DNA of 63,803 bases, the filler included, from Reclinomonas americana ATCC 50394 (Eukaryota), in NCBI GenBank assembly GCA_048213135.1. It is 14 parts of 10 records of this genome, joined end to end, with 100 filler letters (N's around TTAATTAATTAA, not from the genome) between each part and the next. Parts side by side here need not be neighbours in the genome. Positions count along the whole stretch, not along the records: positions 24,079 to 30,219 come from PS015929.1; positions 30,320 to 38,088 come from AFZH01016165.1; positions 38,189 to 39,778 come from AFZH01016166.1; positions 39,879 to 48,095 come from PS015930.1; 10 more parts are not named here. One strand, 5' to 3'. Shown here piece after piece: positions 25,771 through 40,403 of the stretch. Under the pieces are notes generated by a model. That model was not told the origin of the DNA. It was given only the letters and a program-made list of their open reading frames with translations, and ran no database searches. Within the stretch, counting starts at the first letter, position 1; each line of letters begins with the position of its first letter. The position numbers and the translations under genes are program-made.

Positions 25771-26914
25771 ATCAAACAAAACCAGTGGATCGCTGCCTTC
25801 GCAGTCGATCTTCATCAGAAAGCAGGGCCGCTCGAGGAGATCGTGGTCGCCCAGCAGTCGATGGACGGTGGTGACGTTGACGGGTATCTCCACTGCGCCT
25901 TCGGGGCTCACCTGCGCACCAAGAGCGGCCCACTCGTCGCCCACACGACCTGCATGATTCCGTGGCAATGAGCACCCAGCAAAAATGATGCACTCTTCTC
26001 TCCCTACTCGCCGTTCGAAAACAGCAGGGAGGTGCCGACGTGATTGGAGACGGCGGCCTGCACAGGCTTGGCGCCAGCTTCCAGCCATCCACCGAACGCC
26101 GCCTTGTGCGCCAGCATTGCAAACGTTTTGGGCATGGGTTCCACAGCCAGAACCGTCACTGGTCGACTGAAGCTCTTGTCTCTGCGTGTCGCGGCGGTGA
26201 GGCAAACACAGCTCGTACTACAACGAGGGTATGCACGAACCGCTGGAGACCTGCGCTCGTGGAGAACCAACAGGTGTGAGGGAAAGAGAGGAGAGCGAGT
26301 GAGAGGGGGCACGGGAGGGCGCGACAACTTGCCTCCGAGGTGGTGCAGCATGAGGCGAGTGACGCCGCCCAGGTTGGCGCCAATGTCGACACAGAATGAG
26401 TTGTCGTCGTCGGTGAACAGGTGGGCAATGTGCGGAAGGAGGGTCTGAGGGAGGAGAGGGTGAGGAGGGGAAGCGAGAGAGATGAAGGGAGAAGGAGAGG
26501 GAGAGACAAAGAGAAGGAGAGAACGAAGGAGAGAATAACGGAAAGAGAAGAGAACAAGGACGAAGAAGGGAGACTGGAAGAGGGAGAGATACATGCACCG
26601 AGAGGGGTAGAGAGGGAGGATGAAGGAGAGACTGCAAGACAAAGAGAAAAGAAGAGGCAGAGAAGGAGAGAATGAAGGAACGAGAAGAGAAGGGAGGAAG
26701 AAGAAGGAGACTGGCAGAGGGAGAGACGCACACCCAGAGGGGAAGGGAGGAATGGAGAGACTGGAAGAGAGACTGGAAGAGAGACAAGAGGAGAGAGGGG
26801 AGATGCAAGGAGAGACTGCAAGGCAAAGAAGAAGAAGAGGCAGAGAAGGAGGAAACGACGGAGGGAACGAAGGAGGGAACGAAGGAAAGAGAACAGAGGA
26901 CGAAGAAGGGAGAC

Positions 26915-26959
<45 letters not shown>

Positions 26960-27288
26960 CAACAGACATCGCCCAGTGGCCCGAGATCATACTCTGCGCA
27001 CAGACAGAGAGAGATGAGTGCACATGCATGCATCGACAACTCACACAGAAACGATTGCACAACTGCGTTGCTGAATGGTCTCTGCGTTGATCACTCGTGC
27101 CTCGTCAAACGTCAGAGGCACACCTGAGCACACACAGTAAGAGAAAGAGAAAGAGAAAGAGAGAAAGAGACGAGTGAGAGGCACTGACCTTCCGCGTGTG
27201 CCAGAGAGGAGCAGCGGCATGCGGAGAGAGCAATGCTTATGCACAGCAGCAGACATAGTGAGGAGGCAGTGCCTCTCCTCTCCTGCAT
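24921..27288 (-). CDS. FkbM-family methyltransferase, copy E (most divergent)
   Basis: MQERRGTASSLCLLLCISIALSAC, VDIGANLG, AVEPMP, QAAVSN, MKIDCEGSD, VLEGA, NVFCMHADD. Confidence 0.82.
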
Positions 27289-27331
27289 TCGTTGTGTGAC
27301 AAAAAAAGAACGTCGAGAAGTCAACTTTCAC

Positions 27332-30751
<3,420 letters not shown>

Positions 30752-31246
30752 CTCTGTGCGTACGCGTCACGAGAAGAAAGACAGGAAAGACGGAGACAGA
30801 AGAGGACACAACCAATCACTTTATGACTTCACCATCATCGCACGTCGACTTTATCGCTGTGGCGTACTGTCGCATAGTCTTCGTCTAGTGGCCGCCTCCC
30901 CTCCTGCCTGGGAGATACGATCGAAGCGTGAGTTCAACGTCGTGCACTGCAAATGATGCGCACAATTAGTATTGGTTTCGCATATTTAAATTTATTCGAC
31001 CTCGCTGGTGGCGGGCAGGCGCCGGCTGTGCACCACCGAGTTGGAGACGACAGGGAGGATGCTTGCCGTGTGGAGCGCACAGTTCACGGCCAGGTGTTAA
31101 CCAATCGATTAATCGATAATATCATTCCCGCGCAAAGATCGTTATTATTGCTAGCTGATTCGAACAACGTCCCGCGGGCACACCTCTCTCTTGCTCCACT
31201 TCAAAACGCACGCACATTGGCGCGCCGTGTGACCATCGCACACGCC

Positions 31247-34200
31247 ATGATCCAGAGGGCGCGCAGTGCTCCTCCATGGCATCGACTCGTCGCCGTTCTC
31301 GAACGCCTGTTTCTCTCCCACTCGCTGTTCACGAACGCGGTGAGTATGCCCTGGAGCTCCCTCTCTCGCTCCCTCACTCCCTCTCTCTCACACGCGCTCT
31401 CCCTCCCCCTCCCTCCCCCCTCCCTCTCCCTCTCTCTCCTCTCTCTCACTCCACAAACAGCGCTTTCTGGACGCCGTGTGCCTGTTGTGGACACTCCTCG
31501 CCTCGTTCGCCACGTTCTTCTCGCCCTCTCTGTGGCCAGCTGCCGGCACCTCCGTGTTTGTCGGCGCTGTGCTTCTCCCGCAGGTTCGTTGTCCGCCTTT
31601 TTCTCTGCAGAGTGAGTGAGTGTCGTACAAACGCCTGAAACGTGAAACAGCACAATTTCTCGCTGTCGCGCTTCCACACCGCCTTTGCGTATGCCACCAT
31701 TTACGTGCTGCTGCTTGTTGCACAACTGTGGTGGGCATGCTATCGTCGTCATCGCCCTGTGGAGGGCGGCAATCGAAGTGTGTCGCTGGGCGACACACTG
31801 CTGCGATGGCAGGTATGATATCAGCCTCGTTGTTTCGTCGTAGCGCGGATCAATGAAAATGACTTACCTCCACACAGTTGCTGCTGGTTGTGGGACCACT
31901 GCTGTCGCCGCTAGTTGTGCTGCTGCTGCGTCCCCTGCATTGCAACTTCACGACGCTGCAGCACTTGTCGCTGGTGCTTGGCGAACATGCGGATCATCAT
32001 GTGTGGAGTTGCGTGCATCGTCGTCACGCACTGGCGACCTCCGTGAGACTCACTGCCGCCATCACAGTGTGCAACGAGGCGACGAACCTCACACTGGGGG
32101 TGGTGGGCATCTTGATGGCTGCTGTCGTGGGATTGATTGCGACAGTGATTCCACCATTGTTGCGCATGCGCCTCTCAAACTCTCCGACCGTCTCGTCACT
32201 CACCGTCCTCACTGTGTGACCCACAACAAAAGATCAATGGATTTCCGACCGAGCTCCCCACTGTGGAGCGCTGGCGTGCTCAGTGGTCGATTCGTGGCCG
32301 TCGTGAACGCCATTCGCCTGCTCCTGGCCGTGACGCACACATTCGCCGCCTTTCATGTCCCCCTGTTGCACCTGGGTGTGGGCACTGTGGCATCGAGCGC
32401 GCTACTGTTCATGCTCTACACGTTTGTGCCGATGTATTCCATAGTGGCGTCGCGAGTGGCCACCGCGGCGTGTCTTGCTACACTCCTCGCCTCTGTCGGC
32501 TGCGCGGTGTGCGTGCTGGTGCCATCGGGCACCAGCTGGAGAAATCTGGCAGTGGTGGCGGGCGGAAGCGTGCTTGTTGCCACGGCCACCACACTCCTGT
32601 TGATGCAAGTGCGACGGCGCAGCGTGCAGCGCTCCATCAGCTCGTACCTCGAGGCTGCACAGTCGCCGAGCGAACGGGGGCTGCTGTTTGCCGTGCGTTG
32701 GTGGCACTGGTGGCGCGAACCCATCTCTTTTGCCTTCTTACGCCTCACCGCCCACTCCCACAGGTCGACCGCGAGTCACGATCGCCAGAGGGGCATGAAC
32801 GAAGCTCCGAGGAGGTGGTGGACGAGGAGGAGCGCGAGTTGCTTGCTCGCCTCTTCCCTTCGCCGTGGGCTGTGGAGATCGCGGCGCGGCTCCCCCCCGA
32901 TCTCATTCGCGAACCGTGGGCGCGAGCCATGGACTTGTTTGAGCTCGGTGCGTAGAGTCTGTCACAGCCACGCAAACACCCTCCCTCACACCGCGCGCCA
33001 GGGACCCTGCAATTCGCGGCGGAGTCCGACACCACGAACGGGTTGATCGTGCGCCTGCTTCACGCCATTTACATGTGGAGTCACCAGACGGAGCTGCCTC
33101 AGGTGCAGAGCATTGTTGCCGAAATCAGCGCACAGGATGCGGTGAGGCGGGTGCTGCCGTTCGACATGCGGCGTGTGGTGCACGTCATGTCCACCTCCAT
33201 GTCAGCTTCCAGCGCTTCCAGCGAAGCGCCTTCGTTTCGCGAGGCCTCGTATCGTTCGCGGCTCGCAGCTGTGCACCAAGAGTGGTGCCAGTGCTTTGTG
33301 TTGTCGCTGGCGGCGTGGAGGCATCTGGAGTCTGGCCGAATGCGTCCAGGTCAGTGAGACCTCCCTCATGTCACCCAGCTATCGTGGGGATAGTACTAAC
33401 GAGAAGGGGCGTGTGCGCACGAACAGGGGACCACAAACTCGTGTCGCTGTTACTCTCGCTGCGTGAGCAAGAAGAGGCAGTGGATCGTCTGTTTGTTGCG
33501 ATGCTCGATGACTTTACCGAGATGCACTGGCAAGCAGAGCTTCTTGCTTGGCAATCGTCGGTCAGTACCTGTGATCCATTCATCTCCCTTTTCCACTCGG
33601 CGCTGAATGTGAACGTCGGTGCAGTTTGTCGCCTCTGTACGAAACGATGCGGCCATGGCACATCGTCTTGAGACAAAATCGAATACTCTGTACCGGTTAC
33701 TCGAGACCCGCGTGACAGAAGTAGGTGATGAGTCGGAGAGGCTCGCTTCGCTACGCATGGCTGCCATGGTAAGCTGTTCTGCTGACGGTCACCGACGTTG
33801 ACAGTTCCGCCAGTGACGCTAACTTGCGTGCACTCTCCTCGCAGCGGCGGTTGCAGATGATCGCCAGTGGAGTCATCAGCAGTGACGAGGCAGCCGAGGA
33901 CGCGGAGTTGAATTATGTCGCCGACTTCACTAGACTTGATGTGCAAAGTACGTGCTTGCTGCACCTTGTATTCTGCGTGCACATGGGCGGCGCTGAAACC
34001 CTGTTGGGCATGGAGCAGTGCAGGCACTCGGAAGGCGACTCAGCAAATCCACGCTGTCGCCGAATTCAGTGATGCCTTCGGTGCGCACGCTGTACAGTCG
34101 GCGAGCCAGTCGAGGTGCGTAAGCGCGATTCTGTCAACACACTGCCTCATCCGTCCTCACCATAGTGGCATCCAGGACCATCGTCACCAGAAGCCTCGGG

Positions 34201-37200
34201 TGCCGCTGCCGACTGGCTGTCCGCCACGGAAGAACCGAGCGAAAAGGACGCCTCATTTCGTGTGCCACCTCTGTCAGATACTGGCGATGCCGCTAGTTGT
34301 GATCAGGCCGATGATGCCAAGCAGGTTTATCCTACGCTGTTCCCTTCTCGTGGCTCGATGGCTGACACTGTTGCGATGCAGTCGCCGCAAACCTCGAGTG
34401 CTGGCGACAGCAAGTCCAGCAGCGAGGATTCGGTGTGGGAGCCAGTCACGATTCGCCAATCCAGTTGCGTGCGTGCCGTTATCAAGAGATATCATCCTAC
34501 GCACCTCTAAATGCAGCGACTACAGCTGTGCCATTAAAGAGCGCACCACCGACTCGCCGCTTCGCCGACCTCCCACAAAAGTTCGACTCGTGTCGGCAAG
34601 CATACCCACCGACTTGTTCTCTCTTGCTGACCGCGTATTATTGGCAGGTCACTCTATCGTTGTCAAAGCACTCTGTCGAGTACCAGAGCTTCCACCCTCG
34701 GTGACAGTGCAAGCTCACACATGTATCGCTCGACGATTATCTCCGAACAGGTTCGTATCACCATTTCGATTGATTTGAGCTGCCCCGAATGACCAACTTG
34801 TCGCGCGCAGAATCCGACCATTGTGCGCGCCAGCTGGGCGCTGTGGTTGACGTTCATGGCGGTAATCATTGCACTGATCTTTGCTGCCATTGTTGCCAAG
34901 ATTACCGTCAGCGATGTGTACCGTCGCCATGAAGACTACGAGAGTGTTGCCGATGCTGGGTGCGTTGTGCCTCCTCGCTCTTCAGCCTCTGCCTGTTGTT
35001 CCTCGCCACTTACTCTTCTGCGCACAGTGTGTATGCCACCATGGCCAGCGTTGCTGCTCTGCAAATGCACTACTATGCCAAGGTGGACTTGCCCTCGGGT
35101 TCCGATGTGCGAGTGCAAGAGATGCGTGCGATGGTTCGCGACAACATCACAACTGTGCGAGAGTCGATAGACCTACTGGCTACCCAAGTGTTGCGTCCGT
35201 TTGGAGGGTTGGATGCTTGTTGTTCTCTGTTGCCCACCGCCGTATCTTGTGAGAAACAGTGACCAGATCGACAACGAGTTTGCGTTTGCCAACGTCTTCA
35301 CTCTGCTGTTCAACTCGAAGACTGCGTACGCGGGAAGAAAGCTGCAGATGCACTTTGATGCGGTGACAAAGCACTATGATGATCTGATGGTTTGCTCCAA
35401 TCTTCGGCTGCCCCACATCTGTCGCTGTGACCTCATCCTGCATTGCTTGCGTGTGCAACAGTTGTACGCACAACAGTCGTTCAAGAATGCCGGTACGCCT
35501 TCGCTGCAGATGCCAGCATTTGTGGAGGGCATGAAGAATGCCATCGGCAACAAGGAAGCGTGGTACGCAATCGCACACGAACTGGTGGATCACATTGTTG
35601 TCCGTGGACTGGAGTTGAAGTCGACGCTGTGGATTGAGATGGGAATTGTGGCATGGTGCGCCTTGCCATCTCTCCCCCTGTATCGATTTTTCGCTCATTG
35701 TCATCCAATTGCAGCGTCATTGGTGCTGTGGTATTTGGACTGTTGCTGCCGGCGGTGGTGATGGTGCGCAACAAGCTCAACGAGGGACTGGCCACGTGCC
35801 GGCTCGTACCCAAGAAGGAAGCAGCACAAATGCGACAGCGAGTGCAGGCTCAGTATCTAAACTATCTCGACTTGTCGGAGAAGGCCCGCAGTGTTGCGTC
35901 TCTGCGATCAAGCAGCACTTTCTGGCAGGCGCTCATTGTGTAATCGTTATACAGGGAGTGCATCCGTCCACCGTGGTCAAGTCCAAGTACTTGCCGACAC
36001 AATGCGTGCGATCGGACATGCAGTTCCTGCACAGCCTGACCTTCCGCAGTGTGGTGGTGCTGTTGGTGGTCATTGCCACCATCATGACGATGAAGTTGCG
36101 TGACATGGCAAAGAGCAAGAAGGACTCTGCTGTACCGTGCTGCTCACACAGTGTGGCGTGCTTTTGGACAACAGCTGGACATCGACAGATATCGCCGCCA
36201 CCACATCGCATGCCATGCGCACTGTGGACTTGCTGATGCAGCGGACGGCCGACATTGATACCATGACGCTGGCGGTGTGGCAACACACCACGCCGGACGG
36301 GTTGCTGTCACCGGACGACACACTGGCGAGATTAGCAGATCAAGTGAGCAAAGCAGAACAGTCTTCTGTGGCCGCACTGGCCGTGGTTGACAACGGTGGG
36401 CTGGATCCGGCCACCGACGACATTGAGCACGCCATGTTATACAGTGAGCGATGTCGCCTGGAGGACCGTGCTGCCATTATGATGACCGAGCCGCGGTGGA
36501 GAGTGGATGTCGATTGTCTGCCGATGAACTCATTGGTATGTTGATGTAGAGATGCATGACAATGCTGGTGGTGCTTACGAGCGCACCGCGACAGATATCC
36601 GACGTTGTGGCTACGAGTCGCATTATTGTGACTTCTGGAACAGCTGGTGGTTCCGTGGCGATCGGCCTTCGCGACATGATATTTTCCGCGCATCCAGTCA
36701 TTCATGAGTACCTCCTCCAGAGCTCAGATGTGAGTTTGAGATTGAATACTATGAAATGGTTGACGGCATCGTATTGCTCACCTTCTGTCACCGCGTTGTA
36801 CAGTTGTTCATGGCCTCTTTCGAGCAGTACTTGTATAGACTCGCGGTTCTCGGACAAGCGATGTTGGGGCTGGGAATCGGCGTGACAGCGATTGGTTTCT
36901 TCTACTTGCTGGCGCCGTTGTTGCGCGTGTGCGACCAGGAGCTGCGGTACTTCAAGAAGTTTGTGGCCGCACTGCCTTCGGCCGCCATTAACTCTGTGCC
37001 AGAGTTGCAAGAGGCGCTTCTCCCTCGTTGCGTGCGGCTGGATGCCTGGTGATGCTTCGCGAGAACAAGGAATACTCAACCTGTCAGTTCGTGTGGTGGT
37101 CGCTCGCAGACTCGCTGCTGGTGTCGATTCAACTCAATCAGGAGTTGACGGCAAGCGAGCATGCGCTGCGAGACCTGACGTCCAGTTTCGTGTTCCATGC

Positions 37201-38211
37201 CTGCAATTGTCTGGTGTTCTCCGAAGCAACAGTCTCACCCGATATTGCGCAGGTGTTGGACTTGTGTTTACAACAGAAAAAGTGCGTCATTGTTGCGTTG
37301 TGCTATTATTGCTTCGCACAAGAAGATACTTATCCCCTTGGTCTGTGTAGCTGATTGTCGAGTCCGTCAATGCTTCATTTTCGCACTTGCTGGGCTACGC
37401 AGCTGACGAGATTGTGGGCCAGCACATCAAGGTACGACTTTCGTGTGTCTTCGGCCACACTCCTTTCTGCCAATCGCCAAACCTTGTTGTTGCCGCGTAG
37501 ACCATCATTCCACCGTCGTTCCGAGCTGCACACGAGATGCTTGTCTCCAGACGGCTGAATCAGACACTCGGCATACTGGCCTCCGAAGCTCCACCTCTCC
37601 GAGTCGACCGGCAAACGTTGGTGAGTGTGTGTCGAGTGTGCACTGCTCGGCGTGCAGTCCGCTAACGCTTTTTTTCTCGAAAAGGTGCGACATCAAAACG
37701 GGACGGATATGCAAGTGCAAATCATGATTCTGGAGGTGACTGTGGGGCCTCGTCGTCTGTTTGCAGCGATGCTGCGAGATATTGCGAAGCAAATGCAGGC
37801 GGCTGAAACAAGTCGGCGTTCTGTGAACATGGTAACGATTGCTCAGTAAGGCGTGCGTTCTAATCGTCTCTCAGTTGTGACTTTCTTTTGGACCCAGGTG
37901 ACCTCCATGTTGTCCACCATGCCACAAGCCACCATCATTAGCGACGCCACCGGCATGATCCACAACGTCAATGGAGCCGCTGTCGATCTGTTTGGATACG
38001 GCAAGCCCAGCGATCTTACCGGTCATCACATCCGCATGCTGATGCCCGCACCACACTCGGAGCGACACGATTCGTTGCGTCAACGGATNNNNNNNNNNNN
38101 NNNNNNNNNNNNNNNNNNNNNNNNNNNNNNNNTTAATTAATTAANNNNNNNNNNNNNNNNNNNNNNNNNNNNNNNNNNNNNNNNNNNNGCGCGTGTCGTC
38201 GTCTCCACTCG

Positions 38212-38284
<73 letters not shown>

Positions 38285-40353
38285 ACATTGCACGAACAGA
38301 TACATCTCCTCGTACATTACGCGGCACCCACACAGTGCTGATATGAAGCACGGAGAGACCAAGTTGCGGCGGCAGTCCACACATTCTCCATCCTCTGCCT
38401 TTTCAGGGAACTCACAATCGAGCACACGTGTAGATTCCGCGACGTGCAGGGACTGCGCAAGAACGGCACCGTGATTCCGCTCCGCTACCACACTGTGGAT
38501 GTGACAGTGAACAGCCAGCGGTACTTCCTGGCAGTGCTGCACGACAATGTCAGCGAGGCACAAGTCCGAGCCGGCTACGAAGAGCGCATTGACCGACTCA
38601 GTGGCATGCTGTCGACCTCCAATGATGCAGTTGCGTTCACGTGTCGATCCGCTGAGAGTGCATTCACTTCCCATCACTCACCTGCACGTGTGCGTGTGCA
38701 GATCTTGTGGGCCGACCACAATGGCATGATTCAATGGTGCAACGCATCCGTGTCGCGCCTGCTCGGCTACACGACCGAGGAGCTCACTGGTACATGTTCG
38801 CGTGTAGTGCTCGATGCCGTAGGGTGATTTTTGAGACTCACGTTTCTTCGGTGAACACAGCCAATCGACAAACGTCAGTGCACGATGTGCTGCGGCCACT
38901 GAGCACCGTCGAGTTGCAGAGTGGAGCAATCATGGAGGCGGAGCTGTTCCGGAAAGATGGACAACAGTTGCGTCAGCTCGGCCATTGTGTGGAGATGGCA
39001 TGTCATAACAAGAGTGTGCGTGTTCAGAGTGCGGCTGGTGGTGCGCGGCATGCACACGGCGGAAGCTGGTGAGGTGCACACGATTGTGCGTGTTTCAGAG
39101 CCGAATGCGCAGCTGATGCACATCCACAAGCAAGAGCAACACAATGACCGATTGCAAGAGGTTTGTTCATCTGCCTCATTCATTGTTGATCGTGTGGTAT
39201 TCGCGCGAACTCACACGGGCTGCTGTTACACAGCTGTTGCGCATGTCGTTCCCGGCAGCAGCACTGGAAAAGATCACGGCGTTGTCGAAGGACGAGGCGC
39301 AAGCGATGCTGAGGACGGTGAGCACTTGAGTTTTGCGTTTCCTGTGAATTCACGCGCTCACTGGAGAAGCAGGATATCGACGAGTCGCGCTCACCGATGT
39401 GCACAATGTTCGAGTACCACGAGGAGGTGACGTGCATCTTCATCAAGATGGTGTCGGTGCAGCGGGTGGTGCCCGAGAGTGGTGCGTGTCTGCTTGGCGA
39501 AGCGCGAAGTTCACAGCTGGCTGAATGCGGATGTGTTTTTCTTTGCAGGCGACGTCGTGGCCCTGCCGCTGGTCGACAAGATCTGTGTGTTGCACGAGTT
39601 GTTCACGGCATTTGATGCACTGGTGCGACGCCACAATGTGGAGCGCGTGAAAACGATTGGTGAGTGCGGGCGACTGATGTTTAGGCATTGTTGTAAGCAT
39701 CACCCTCACCGACAACTCGAACATGCGTGCAGGATCCGCGTACCTGGCGGTCTCTGGCATGTATGTCCCACGACACGANNNNNNNNNNNNNNNNNNNNNN
39801 NNNNNNNNNNNNNNNNNNNNNNTTAATTAATTAANNNNNNNNNNNNNNNNNNNNNNNNNNNNNNNNNNNNNNNNNNNNGTGGACTGCAAATCAAGTTCCG
39901 CACTGGCATCAACACGGGTCCGGTGACCTCGGGAATTGTGGCGGGCCTCATTCGGACGTTTGATTTGTATGGAGGTGCGTGGCGGTGGATCGGGCCAACC
40001 TGTGCGCCAGCTTTGCTCATCTCCTGCGCAGACTCGGTGAATGTGGCATCGCGAATGGAGAGCTCGGCGCCGTTTGGTCGCGTCCAGCTGAGTGAGGTGA
40101 GGAAGAGGAGGGAGAGGGAGACGCACATCGATGCACCTGTGTTGATTGATGTCGGGGTGATTCTGATTGTCGTCGTGTGCAGTCTACAAACCGCAATACG
40201 CGCGGCTTGTTTGAACTGGAGACGACCAGCGTGGAGAGTTGCGTGCGATTCCAGTCGACAGCTGTGTTGCATCTCACTCACGATACGTGTTGCGCAGTCA
40301 AGGGAATCGGATATGTGACGACGTTCCTGGTGGTGCCGCAGGAACAACAATAA
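31247..40353 (+). CDS. Multi-pass membrane protein (TmcB-like N-terminus) with three PAS domains and a C-terminal class III nucleotidyl cyclase domain
   Basis: Many hydrophobic exons. PAS signatures VNASFSHLLGYAADEIVGQHI, VNGAAVDLFGY..LTGHHIRMLMP and CNASVSRLLGYTTEELTG. Cyclase motifs LHELFTAFDALV, VKTIGSAYLAVSG, FRTGINTGPVTSGIV, FDLYGDSVNVASRMES, IKGIG. TAA at 40351-40353. Confidence 0.85.
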
Positions 40354-40403
40354 TGATAAACTAATGATGTTTAGCGAACGACACGGTGCGCTTACTGCAT
40401 TTT

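Noticed and set aside
34024..34200. Possible stop-codon reassignment (in-frame TGA in one candidate exon frame)
   Set aside because: An alternative GT-AG model keeps an open frame, and TAA, TAG and TGA all terminate well-supported genes in this window.
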